Shown in pieces: positions 1 to 13,100 of a stretch of 64,000 nucleotides of DNA; within the stretch, counting starts at the first letter, position 1; each line of letters opens with the position of its first letter. Under the pieces are notes generated by a model. It was given only the letters and a program-made list of their open reading frames with translations. It was not told the origin of the DNA and did not search any database. The stretch is from the NCBI RefSeq assembly GCF_003918875.1, contig NW_025765203.1:1302001-1366000 (forward strand), read 5' to 3'. The position numbers and the translations under genes were made by a program. This DNA is from Haliotis rubra. Its lineage: Eukaryota.

Positions 1-1385
1 ACGGCTCTATCCGCAACACGCAGTGAGCGAGTGAGTATGGGTATAAAAGGCTCTATCAGCAACACGCAGTGAGCGAGTGAGTATGGGTATAAAAGGCTCT
101 ATCAGCAACACGCAGTGAGCGAGTGAGTATGGGTATAAAAAGCTCTACCATAACAAAGTATAAAGTATGGTATAAAAGGCTCTATCAGCAACACGCAGTG
201 AGCGAGTGAGTATGGGTATAAAAGGCTCTATCCGCAACACGCAGTGAGCGAGTGAGTATGGGTATAAAAGGCTCTATCCGCAACACGCAGTGAGCGAGTG
301 AGTATGGGTATAAAAGGCTCTATCAGCAACACGCAGTGAGCGAGTGAGTATGGGTATAAAAGGCTCTATCAGCAACACGCAGTGAGCGAGCAACACGCAG
401 TGAGCGAGTGAGTATGGGTATAAAAAGGCTCTATCAGCAACACGCAGTGAGCGAGTGAGTATGGGTATAAAAGGCTCTATCAGCAACACGCAGTGAGCGA
501 GTGCAGGCTCTATCAGCAACACGCAGTGAGCGAGTGAGTATGGGTATAAAAGGCTCTATCAGTGAGTATGTGAGTATGGGTATAAAAGGCTCTATCAGCA
601 ACACGCAACACGCAGTGAGCGAGTGAGTATGGGTATAAAGGCTCTATCAGCAACACGCAGTGAGCGAGTGAGTATGGGTATAAAAGGCTCTATCCGCAAC
701 GCAGTGAGTAGTGGGTATAAAGGCTCTATCAGCAACACGCAGTGAGCGTAGTCTATCCGAACACGTATGGGTATAAAAGGCTCTATCCGCAACACGCAGT
801 GAGCGAGGCTGAGTATGGGTATAAAAAGGCTCTATCCGCAACACGCAGTGCAGTGACACGCATAAAGTGCAACACGCAGAGCGAGTGAGTATGGGTATAA
901 AAGGCTCTATCAACAACACGCAGTGAAGCAGAGTGAGTATGGGTATAAAGGCTCTATCAGCAACGCAGTGGCACGCAGTATGAGTATAAAGATCCGCAAC
1001 ACGCAGTGAGAGTGAGTATGGGTATAAAAGGCTCTATCAACACCGCAGCAACACGCAGTGAGCGAGTGAGTATGGGTATAAAAGGCTCTATCAGCAACAC
1101 GCAGTGAGCGAGTGAGTATGGGTATAAAAGGCTCTATCAGCAACACGCAGTGAGCGAGGGTATAAAGGCTCTATCAGCAGTATGGGTATAAAAGGCTCTA
1201 TCAGCAACACGCAGTGAGCGAGTGAGTATGGGTATAAAAGGCTCTATCAGCAACACGCAGTGAGCGAGTGAGTATGGGTATAAAAGGCTCTATCAGCAAC
1301 ACGCAGTGAGCGAGTGATGGGTATGGGTATAAAAGGGCTATAAAAGGCTCTATCAGCAACAGGCAGTGAGCGAGTGAGTATGGGT
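1..1385. repeat. Tandem minisatellite, 46-bp unit (AACACGCAGTGAGCGAGTGAGTATGGGTATAAAAGGCTCTATCAGC), roughly 30 imperfect copies, continuing beyond window start
   Basis: Head-to-tail repeats with no unique spacers. The ORFs at 274-1146 are translations of the repeat. It lies in the inferred first intron of the sulfotransferase gene. Confidence 0.97.
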
Positions 1386-2448
1386 TTTACGCAGCTCTTA
1401 GCAATAGAAATGGTCTCTTGTACTCTTGTACATTGTACTTCCCTCGACTTAGAAAAGCAATGGAAACGTGCAGTCTTCGCTTTCGTCGTCTTATAGGAAA
1501 CAGAAACATGCAGTCTTTACTTTCGTCGTCTTATAGGCAATAGAAACATGCAGTATGTTGTCACCTGAAGAGACTGTTATTCTCAGTGAACCAAGAATGT
1601 CGCTGTCGGGCCTTATTCAATGTTAACGGCTATAATTACTTGGGAAAAAGAAAGTGAACACGTGAAACTTGGATCCGACCAAAACATTAGAAGCGTTATC
1701 AAAACATTACGATGCTGAAAACATTCGCGGAAACACTGCAAGCTTGAGGACCAAAGCTCAACTACATCCACTCCACATCAAGTACATCAACATCGAATAA
1801 TCATTTCATGTTGTTTTACTTTTCGAAACCAACAATCACGTTGGGCGTTTGCCCGGGAGCTCATACGATGATGCGTTCATGTCAAAAGATCGTATCACCG
1901 TGTCTTCATTCCATGAAGATACAGTCAGTGGATTCCGCATTTTCCATCATCAGTTGTGAAATCAGAGAGTGAAATCATCTCTTGTGATTAATTATTAGAA
2001 ACAGCTACGTCGCTCTGTTAATATAGACTAGAATGAGTTGTTGAGTTCAGTTGGGCTTTCCGTCACATAATGATATTCAAAAAATATTTAAGAAATCTTC
2101 ACTTCTGCATGTCATTTATTCACAAAGACGTCATCTCATCAATATTTCATATCGACCCAGTCCGCTCCTCGTTTCGGACTAATTGCTTCAACAAAGTACA
2201 TGTATTTATATTTTGAGAAAACATAACCAACCCGTCCAGCTTTTCACTTGTCTCGGACTAACGGACTAGTTGTCTATAACTGCCGTCCTGTGGCTAGTAT
2301 GGCAAAGTAATTGGTTCAGCTATATCAAACACTAATCTCAGTAATATCTCAGTTATTGCATGCAAACGATAACATCGATTCCAGAAATCAAGTGCCACAG
2401 CGTTAATGTCACTTGAGTCCTATTAACAAATGCCGTTAGTGCCATTAC

Positions 2449-2599
2449 CTGCTTTCGGGTAGGTAACGATGAACACATCGTCATCTCGCACCTCAAAATC
2501 CTTCACGGCGTCCAGAATATCCGGGGGAGTATATCCGAAAAACAAAATGCCGTCATAGACATGTTCTCCTGGTAACTTGTGACTGATTTCAGTCGTCAT
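2449..2599 (-). CDS. Cytosolic sulfotransferase (SULT1-like), first coding exon; remaining exons lie left of the window
   Basis: MTTEISHKLPGEHVYDGILFFGYTPPDILDAVKDFEVRDDDVFIVTYPKAG matches the SULT N-terminus (F..R.DD..I.TYPK.G, the 5'-PSB PAPS-binding loop). A phase-1 GT donor follows at 2448 (GCAG|GTAATG). An upstream in-frame ATG at 2749 is an alternative start. Confidence 0.88.
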
Positions 2600-3493
2600 A
2601 TTTCTAATTCTTCCAACGCGCTGGAAGTCTCCCGAGAACGTAAACCCAGCGCTGCCGTAACGTTTTCTATATGTGGGACATGTTGACAGTTCGGCCGCTT
2701 GTGACTCGGGCGAGTTAATATTATCGAAGGGGTGACAGGTCTGTTCCATGCTATCGATTGTCACGTTAATAAAACTGTTGTTGTGAATATTTAACTCAGA
2801 AGTGAAGTTAATAACCTTTTAGTTAATATATTAGTATTGTTGTATGATTAATTATGGAATAGACAATTATTCAAAGTCACCCAAGAGCGTCCACATACCC
2901 CAGTTGTGAATAGGACGACCCTGTATCGCACGGACCAGTGAGCATGTAGCAGACGATAAATCGTAAACCGTGATTGTTTTTATAGCAAATTGATTGCGGA
3001 GCTATGCTTGGCCGTATCTCTTCACTTAGATTGGTAGTAATGGCGACTGAATGAAACAATCAAGACTAACTCATAACTGTTCGAGTGTGTTCAAATGGTT
3101 GTTATAAGACGTGAGAGAGACAAAAATATGGCACTGTCAAATACAGATTGCAATTAATTAAAGGCTTGGTGAATCCTGGATTCGAACAATCAGTCTCCTC
3201 TTTGTTTACTGAATAGTATGTACAAATATCTTCATGGATAAAAGCCAAGAGGTTCGTATCACTATATTCTATTCTCTCTCCGTGTGAGGTATTTATGTTT
3301 TAGCCTCAAACTTCAGAGGGTTTTATCATACCATTCGGAAGTGTGCGCTTTTAAATACCTGTTTGCATAAACCTTCTTCATATGTTCTGGTCACCTACAG
3401 AAATATAGTCAGCTAACAACAACTCTGATTTCTCACACACTTATTCATCCATATTAAATATCATACACGACGACACGATTCGTCGGACTCTTT

Positions 3494-3678
3494 CAGCGGC
3501 GGATACAGCTTTTTGAGAAAGGGGGGTGCACACTATTGATAAAAGGAGGGGTGCACACTTCATTTTCACCCGAGTTTCAATGGTCATTTAACAAACTTTC
3601 AGCACAAAAAAGGGGGGGGGGGCGCACCCATGCACACGCACGCACGCACGCACACACACACCTCTGGCTCCGCCTATG
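3494..3678. mobile_element. Short MITE with imperfect TIRs and 6-bp TSD (probably hAT-related)
   Basis: Ends CAGCGGCGGATACAG / CTGGCTCCGCCTATG are imperfect inverted repeats. CTCTTT is duplicated at 3488-3493 and 3679-3684. Confidence 0.6.
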
Positions 3679-4298
3679 CTCTTTCGTCAGATATTGTCTT
3701 GGGTTGTACGAATACGAGGCCGAATGCGACGACAACAACTTCATATAGAAACCGAAGTCCTAACTCTCTACCAAAATATGACACCTTCAGTCCCGCGATA
3801 ACTATGTCAATACACACAGGTCGGGCCATGAGATCGATTGGAGTCTATTTAGCTTTCTATCGTAATTGCAAAACGGATTGCAGATCGTGTGGATGAATAC
3901 ATTGCCACATCCGGTTTCTGTCGAAATCTTTGACCGAATAAGCCGGCCACTTATCTCGGGTTGCCCTTCCTCGGAGTTCACTTCCTGTTCCTCTTCAGTT
4001 GTCTATCGAATGAAATTGGGCGTAATGTATTCCACAATTACAAATGCCGATCAAACAATTACACATGGACTATTTCCAAGTATTGTTGATGAGTTTTTTC
4101 TTCACGGACATTTGCACCGGAATCCGTAACGCTATCAACGAGCGGGGTGCATTCATGCGTATTTATGTTGGAAGCTAAGGGGTATTTTCAAACTCTGGTA
4201 TGGTATATTAGAATGACATCGGGACGGAACACTGGAGGATTGATTATTTTAGATCTGCCGGTACTCCGTGACTGAAGATGGTGGGGGGTCTGGTGTAA

Positions 4299-4546
4299 GG
4301 TTGGTTGGTTTGTTGTTTAACGCCGCACTCGGCAGCAATATTCCAGCTACATGGCGGCGGTCTGTAAATAATCGAGTCTGGACCAGACAATTCAGTGATC
4401 ATATGAGCATCGATCTACGCAATTGGGATGCGATATTAGGATTATTGTCAACCAAGTCAGCGAGGTTGTCCACCCGATCCCGTCAGTCGCCTCTTACGAC
4501 AAGCATGGGTTGCTGAAGACCAATTCTTACCCGGATCTTCACGGGA
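4299..4546 (-). mobile_element. SINE-like family A, full-length copy (~245 bp)
   Basis: Near-identical to copies at 6312, 29591, 39412, 44782/45973 and 60692. Its 3' tail is GCTGGAATATTGCTG..GCGGCGTTAAACAACAAACCAACC. Confidence 0.9.
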
Positions 4547-5454
4547 TCTCAAACCAAGTAACCTTTTACATCAACAAAACAAATACTTGATAGAGATATA
4601 CTATAATTGACGTTAAGTGATTATTTCAAGTGAGGTCAGATATGTGGTTTAAGGCCGTGATTGTTGTCATTCACAGACCGACGTTTATGCAGGTGGTGCC
4701 TGGCTTCTTGCTCTAGATAGTCCGCTCTTACCGCATGTCTGTTTCATAGTTGATGGCCACTGAACTCCCATTCCACAGCCATAACATAGATAGTACCCAC
4801 CCCAGAGATAATATGTCGACTCCGAAACAGCCAGTGATTAAACTGTTTATCGCCATATAAAGTGTGGGCTAGGGGCATGTGATGTACCGTTGTCCATTCA
4901 GATTGTCTGATTGTCACAAGATGAAGTGTACAGTCACGGCAGATGCAGACCCACAGTATCAATGAAAACCCGCCAAACGGTGTTTACTCCAAGATATTTC
5001 GTAGTGCATATGCAGCGCCAAAAAAACGAATTCGGTCATCAGACGTGACCAAAAAGAAATCGACTTTCGTCCGACCAGTGAACCCGTGACGTCAAATTCC
5101 AGTGACACCGAGTCTGACACCAATAGGGCTGGTCATATAGGCTTTGTGCTCTGCATGGGCATAACAATGGACGTCTGCTAGGGCTGCTCTATACCCGGCT
5201 GGTGTGTGGGGTTTTTTTTGTTATGTTTTTTGTTTGTTTGGTGTTGGTGTTTGTTTGTCGTTTTTGGTGTGTTTGTTTTTTTGATTGTTGGGGTTTTTTT
5301 TGTTTTTGTTCTGTTTTTTGGGGGGGAGGGGCGATTTCGGACCGCTTTTAACACACACAGTGACGAATGCATACAAATATTTGTAAAGCGGTTTTTTTAC
5401 CAATGTAATTGCTCAAAAGCGCTATCTGAGTCCACTTTATCCATGTGCAGAGGT

Positions 5455-5770
5455 GAATAGGTGCGTCTTGAGACCACTTTTAAACTTGACCCTTCGATTT
5501 TCTAACGAAGGACGGCTGGTAGATTGTTCCAGAGGAAGGGTCCTGTTCTAGAGAATGACCTGTTCCCATATGACTTAGTTCTAGTTTGTGGTATTTCAAG
5601 GAGAGAATGCACGAACGGAGTGATTTTGTTGGGTGATATGGTGTCAGGAGATCCGAGAGGTATTTTGCAGCTGGAACGTCTCAAAACTTGAAAACAAGGA
5701 GCAGGGCTTTGTACTCGATTCTGAATCAAGTGTAGAGTTTTCAAGGCTGGGGAGATGTCACTTCACGTGA
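5455..5770 (-). mobile_element. CR1/L2-type LINE, degenerate 3' end of ORF2
   Basis: Minus-strand translation includes ISPALKTLH..., RTKSYGNRSFSRTGPFLWNNLP and FKSGLKTHLF, the typical L2/CR1 ORF2 C-terminus. Confidence 0.8.
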
Positions 5771-6311
5771 ACGTTTAGAGTCTTGTGGTTCTAAGAAGGG
5801 CTGTTTCCTCTCTTGGAGTTATCACTCGTGGTACACCTGGACGCTAACGGTCCTTAACGTCATAGTCAATGGATGACAACCAGCATCTGTTGCAGTAGCC
5901 CCCAACGACATGCCAGTATTACGCATACCTATAACTTGCCATCATTGAGCAGTTGTCAGTTGTGTGGGCCAATTATATGCTTCTCAACAACGAAATCAAT
6001 TGATTTTCTAACTTATCGAGCTGTAAGAACAGTTTACTGACACTTGATATTTGCGCATATATGACGGACATATTGCACGTGATGCTCGGCCTTTGATCGT
6101 AGCACGTGCGTATGTAAAATCAATGTATGGGGAGCCCGAAGGTTCAATATGCATAATATTAAACAAAGAAACATAATTATGATATGAATATATATGGCTA
6201 TGTGTGGTTTAGAAATCAGAGGTGTTGCAATACTTTTGCCCATGTGTATATAAGAACTTAGATACGAATGCTCTGTGAATATTCCCTATAGGAATCCGGG
6301 ATATTAATCCG

Positions 6312-6554
6312 ACCCGTGAAGATCCAGGTTAGAATTGGTCTTCAGCAACCCATGCTTGTCGTAAGAGGCGACTAACGGGATCGGGTGGTCAGGCTCGCTG
6401 ACTTAGTTGACACGTCATCATATCCCAATTGCGTAGATCGATGCTCATGATGTTGATCACTGGATTGTCTGGTCAAGACTCGATTATTTACACACCGCCG
6501 CCATATCTATAGATGTTATATATATTGCCGAATGCGTTAAACAACAAACCTACC
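6312..6554 (+). mobile_element. SINE-like family A, full-length copy
   Basis: ACCCGTGAAGATCCAGGTTAGAATTGGTCTTCAGCAACCCATGCTTGTCGTAAGAGGCGACTAACGGG head followed by the shared body and tail. Confidence 0.9.
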
Positions 6555-6849
6555 ATCAACTCTATAGGAGTCGTGGATCTGGATCGATACCTTTATTATT
6601 TTAGCATGTTTGGTACATTTACACGCAAATAATTACCTCTGAAAAATGCATTTAGATTACTGTCCGTGTGTACTGTAGATAGGCATAACCTAAGTTTGGC
6701 TAGAAAAGACTTTATCCGACACCACAACCAACGCTTCTTACAAGTGGTTTCGGCGAACATTTGCATAATGTGCCAATATTTCGATTCTGTGGAAGCAACT
6801 GGTGTTAAAACAAAAGTCCGGGACTTTCCCCTATATATCATTATTGCGT

Positions 6850-7199
6850 AATGTATGACCGTCACCGAAATGGTCTTGCGGATGGACCTAAAGCTTCCGC
6901 CGCACCAGACAATGCATGCACAGGTAAGCTATTTTTAGCAACCGGGCACCTGAGGTCACCCACGCCATCTATCGGGCCCTCTTTGTTTACAAAGTTATGC
7001 AGATGGTGTTACATTTAAAGCCGCGGATTTGTATCCAACTAAATTGCGTTATTTACGAAACTGTGTTAATGTTTTATACATGAAGCTGGATTTCGACATT
7101 TAAATGACAAAACAATTTTTTCAGTCAATTATTTTAGGAATCACGGCTGGTTATCTCCCAGACATTTGATAGCTTTCATTGTTCATTAGCATAATCAAG
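6850..7199 (+). promoter_or_regulatory. Probable RSF1 promoter/5'UTR region with a candidate non-coding first exon
   Basis: Locally CpG-rich. Strong donor CAG|GTAAGC at 6923/6924 and acceptor TCTCCCAG at 7161 upstream of the ATG at 7200, which sits in AAGATGGCG (YY1-like/Kozak context). Confidence 0.45.
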
Positions 7200-10100
7200 A
7201 TGGCGACCGCTGTAGATAGCGTTTGCCACAATGACCCCAACTTTGCTGTGATTTGCTCGTTTCTGGACAAGCATAGCGAAGCTTTGGGGTTGCCAGAAAT
7301 TTCTTTTACAGATCTTCAAAATTTTATCGAAGACAACAAAACTGGTAAGAAACTTCATTTGCATATCGCACAGCAAACTTTATTTATGAGCATCCCAAAT
7401 TGTAATCAGACATCTCAGGACCAAAGACGCTTTCCAGAATCACCAACAAATATTGAATGTTTTCACTCAGGAGAATGTGACGTTATAGTGCATTAAAGAA
7501 AGACTGCAGCATAGTATACGAATCATGTCTGATGGTGCGAATGTCTGGTTCTAGTTCTGTTGTTTAACTAGCACTGTCATAATTTGAGTCATACTCAAGA
7601 CAACATGTGATGGGATTTGTGAGAAGCAAAGGTGCATTCGATGAGTTCAGTTATAAGACGTATGTATTCTGAGCTCATATATCAGTATTATGTTAAAAGT
7701 ATGCATTCAATGCAATTTACTTATAGTCTTATACTATTGATGTGGCTTGTTTGACACAGAGACATTGGAGTCCTAGGTCTTGTGTTTTGTTTAAATTCCA
7801 GGTATGGTTCTCCACTCTGCAGTCAACGTTGGGCCTACAGGCTAAATACTTTGTGTTAGGTTCTGGATGTTTGGTGTATGTACAAGGTGCATTTCAGACA
7901 TTACAACCTCACATTAAATTGTGTCCTTGCAACATTCTGACAAATCCATATGCAGAGTTGTTTAATCCAGGGGCATGTAACTCTGTATATAGATGGATTT
8001 TGATTGCTTGAGATGAGATCAGATGTTAGTTTCTGAGGATGAGGGTGTTCAGAAGAGATAAGGGTTTGAGATAAGCAAAGATTCAGTGATGGCAATCTCT
8101 ATTGTCTTGTAGCATTTGACGATTATAATTCTGAACCAGTACTCAGTGCTTCAATTTTACCACAAATTGTAATTGAACAGTGGATATTATTTGCTTCATT
8201 CAAGCAGTGCTAGCAATTGACTCTGAGGACTAGTTAAATAAGGTTTCTGTAGATCCTCTGGACTACTATTTAAATTATACTATACTATAGTGAGTATCAA
8301 TCTACAGTGAAATAGATGCGATACATGTTGATTTATCACACATTTAGCTTCCACAATAAACATTACTCAAAAGAGCTCATACTTAAGTTAATGACAGTTG
8401 ACTTGACACCTCAGACTTCTGTACAAGCTAAATTACGGAGGACAAGCCAAACTAATCCTATCTTGTTTATCAGCAGTTACTCTGTATTGTAAGATAATTT
8501 TACTGTCAATTTGATACATTGTTGAAAGCTGTTTGTAATAATTTGTAATATTTACGTAGGGTTAGAAGTTTTAATTTAATCAGTCCTCAATAATTATATG
8601 CTACAATGTTGTCATATACCTATTGATATCAATGGTTGTAGAGGAAATTCTATTTATCCTCCCCTAAATTAAGACTTCTCAGGTTTGCAAACTTACTTTT
8701 TATACAGTGTTTTGTAGACTGAAGCTTTTTAAAATGCAATACAGCATGCTACAAGATAGTCTAATATCTTAGACATAAGAACATAAACATTTATCAACTT
8801 GTGTTAGTGTTTTACATCAAGAATGAGTTTTACATTAAACAAATGTTAGACACCTTCATTACTATGATGCTAACTGCTGTACAAATCACCAGAAATGTGT
8901 TGCTTCACCTTGTTTACTGCCTCTTTTATTAATAAAATATTTCACATATAGACAATGTTACAAATGTCCTTATATTACTCATCAGTAGAGGACGTAACGT
9001 GTACGCAAGATGGTCCCCCGTTACACGTACAAGTGACTACCTGAGAGGGGGGGTTACTCATTCACGTGACTGCCTGATCACAGACAGGGAAATTCTGCAT
9101 GTCACACAAAAACGCGTCTACAAGTGTTATTTCTGAAAATAATTAAACAAACTTTGCTACAGTCATTGATAGATGTTCAAGTTATTGAATGACATGAATG
9201 AAAATGTAAAATGTGCAAAATTTAAGCAAATTGTGATGATATTTAACAGCAAATTTCACCTATGTGCATATTTTTCAGAAACTTACATTTAGTATTTCTG
9301 AAAGCTCATTCATCGTCAAATCAAAATATATATGCAGATTTCGAGGCACACGAAACTCACACCTGTTCGTTATTGTGTTGACACGTTTACTTTCTTCAAA
9401 ACTGCGCAAACCGTCTCGCGTAGAAGTGACTGGGGAAGAAAGTCATTAATGGGAGGTAACTGATACCTGACTAAATTGTTCAGTCAAAACATCCGTCGTG
9501 TGACTTGGACTGTCGGAAGCATACATAAGATATATGGGAATATTTTTCTTGCGTTTCAAAACATGTTTTTGTTGCAACAAAGAGGATGTAATAGATTGAT
9601 ACAAAATTATGAATAACATTTATATACGGACATTATTATTTGGTGAAAGTATAATCATTGGAAAAGATGACTAAGAGAGGGGGTCACTTCTACCAATGTA
9701 AAAACAATGCACCTATGTGCCAATTTCACAGAAACATGATTTTAATATTTTCTGAAGCTTATTCAATGAAGATTTACCTTGTGTAAGTAGTGTTTCATGT
9801 ATACGAACGCACATAGGTGTGCCATTGGGTTGAAACAGATCTACTTTTCTCCCAATGCTTTTCACAGTGATCAAACTAATGTTAGACAGAAATAAATAAT
9901 CAACTTTACAACTTGCAGAATATATGGTTCATCCATGGTAATCTCTTAAGAGCAAATGATGAACACGTGAAATCCGAGATCGGGAAACCTGTTTATTCAC
10001 AACTGTCAAGTAATTGCCACGCTTGGTGATTTTACGGGACGCTTTAATCACCCCGTGCCATGTTGGCACCCAGTCGAGTTGGTTCCACTGTGTTTGAATT

Positions 10101-13100
10101 AATTAGGGTGAAGCGCTTCAGTTAGTACCGCCTAACGCACCCATCTCGCGTACAAGATAGGACGTCTCGTGTACACTAGGGCTGTAACGAATACACTATG
10201 TTGCGAATATGATACGTATCACGAATATTGGGTACCGAATACGAATAATTATTCACGAATACAATATTGTAGTTAAGTGACTGATGCACAATATTGAATG
10301 CCCATGTTGAAAGTGTTAATTTGTCACAGCAATAACCAGTCATCTCATGACACTCAAATTTGGTATGTAATAGTTATAGATGACAGTACCAAGTGCGGCT
10401 TTGGCAAACTAACATGACTTGCGCTACTACAAGGCTAGTACATAATGCATTCTTGCATATCTCATTTTGAAAAAGGACATAAGGGTTCAAGTAAAACACA
10501 CTCCCTTAAAAATTGTAAATATTCATGAATATTCGGTTCTGATGACCACGAATAACGAATTGAATTCACGAAGGGCTACGGTTCGATTCACTGAATATGC
10601 GAGTGAATCTTTACAGCCTTAGTGTACACGATAGGACGTCTCGTGTACACGTTATGTCTCTGACTGTTTATAGTACTGCTAGCTTTCAGTATGGATCATA
10701 GAGATTGATAATTGTTAGCTAGATATGAATTGATTATTGATAAATATCAGAGATGAAATTTGAGTAAAAATGAAATAGACAACTTCAATGTATTGCATGT
10801 CATCGGTGAGTGGTGACCCATTTATGCATGGATTACTGACAAAAACAGCATTCTGAACTAAATCAAGAAGCAGCTCATGAATAGAGGACAACTTCAAAAT
10901 TCAAACAATATTTCATCACAATATATATACAAGATATTATAGAAGACACAATTTTGACATTGATAAATTCTTCAAATCTGCAGTATTTGCAATTATCAGT
11001 TATTTTAGCCAGGCTTAATTTGTTATACTGCTTGTGATAAATGAAGCACAGCCTCACACATTCCTGGTTAGAAGATGTTATCTGTATTTTGAGTAAGTTC
11101 TGTGTTTCTGTTAGTGTTATGTTGTAATGAGTACAGATGTATGTCTATTTATTTCAGTTGATAAGGTATTAACTGATCTACATATATTCCTGCTGAGGAG
11201 AATTGGCAAGACAAGTGTGACTGCTGAGAGATTAGAAAGGCAACTTGTCAAGGTATGGTAGTACTATCATGTCATTGTACAGATTGTTTCCATCAGTCAA
11301 GGAATCTTTGTCATAACCCTCATGTTTAGAGTGGAAGTTCTAGGTAGTCCCTAAATCTAAACACAATGGCATAAAATTTCTATTATCCATGGACAATTCT
11401 ATTTTGATGACTGATGTGTTTCATGATACTTATTGGTTTTGTTTTTACGTGGAATATTTGAATCCATCATATTTCATGTAGCTGAGAAGACATCGTTGTC
11501 ATTTGTTTAATCCAAACTTGTTCTACAGTGTGTGTCATAATAGGCAGCGATTGTTATTAGTATGTGTTTAAAGTCATGTATTATCAGTATGTGAAATAGA
11601 CATCGGCACGTAGGCCTGAGGCCAACAGATTTGTTCTCGGGCTAATACATGTAGTTCTAAATTTCAACAGGTCCTTATGACCTGCAGTTTATTTTAATCT
11701 GTGAACAGGGCAAATGAATCTTAACCTGTTGATTTGATTGCTTGATTTTGACTGGATTCTGCACAGACTTGGCTGTCCTGTTAAAATATAGTTCCATAAT
11801 TCCAGTTATTGTTTTTGTGTTTCCATGTAAACAATTTGGACTAATGTATCCCAAAATGGAGAGGGAGACATATGTTTTTATGAGGAAGAACACCTGGGCC
11901 TCTCTTGCAGTACTCTGTATCTATCAGGGGTGCTCGGGTAGCCTAATGGTTAAAGAGTGAGCTCGTCACACTGAAGACCTGGGTTCGATTCCCAACATGG
12001 ATACAGTGTTTGAAGCCCATTTCTGGTGTCCCCTGCTGTGATATTGCTGGATTATTACTGAAAGCGGTGTAGAACTAAAAACACTCACTCACTGTATCTA
12101 TCATGTCTATTTTCCTAGTTTTGTCACAACTTCTCTGATGTGGACGCATGGGAAATTGAGAGAATCGGTTACCGATTGGCCAAAGTTTCTACAAAACTAA
12201 GGATTTTAAAGGTGAGAACTAGTACAGCATTCTTTGTAATCTTGCTTTTTCAAAACTTAAAGTAATGCGCCTATTGAAATTGTGTCTGAGGGTTTGTGAA
12301 TGTTGTAGATAAACATGACAAGGGATGATGAACATGTTGAAATTGGTTTGTGAACTTGGAATCACTATCCAATAAGTTTGTGTATGAAGTCACCTAGAAA
12401 TGACTTTTTGGGGGCCTCAGTACATCAAGGTTACGCCTTCTTTCTTAAAAACAACTACCAATATTGACTCACATTCCCAAAATGCTTAGAAGAGATACCA
12501 TATTGTCTCCTTTACTAACGATAAGGAAATTCATTATAAGATAAAGATAATTTACCCTCTCCAAAGGCAAGCAGAATGAAATTTACGTTCATATCAGGAC
12601 ATTTGTGATACTGAAACACACTTAATAGCCAATAATATGCATATTGTTTTATGTTTTTGTCTCAGAATCTGCTTGAGGGCCAGTTCGATTATAATACGAA
12701 ATTCAAAGAAAAGGTCAATGAGCGGAAAGCTGAGGAAATGCGTTTCCAGCCAGTGGGGCGGGACAAGAACGGCTTGGCTTACTGGTACCTTCTGGTAAGT
12801 AGACCATGTCATTTTCCAAACTGTAGTCAAGCCAAGATCCATACAGGTTGTGTTTATGTTGAATCTACATCATGTCTATGTTCTAAATATGATTGTCGTA
12901 AGAGGCGACTAAAGGGACAGGGTGGTCAGTCTCACTGAGTTGGTCGATGCATGTCATGGTGTCCCAATAGTGTAGACCGATGCTATGACGTCAATCACTG
13001 GATTGTCTGTCCCAGACTCGATTATGACAGGGTGGTCAGTCTCACTGAGTTGGTTGATGCATGTCATGGTATCCCAATAGTGTAGACCAATGCTCATGAC

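Noticed and set aside
1-1385. CRISPR array or repeat-protein genes
   Set aside because: The repeats are contiguous with no unique spacers, there are no cas genes, and the context is eukaryotic. The ORFs are repeat translations.
6312-6380. Assignment of the family A head to pistol or HDV-like ribozymes
   Set aside because: There are superficial similarities (loop pseudoknot followed by UUAGAAU; CUAA before a closing stem), but the strand order and conserved cores did not fit either class by hand, so it is left unassigned.
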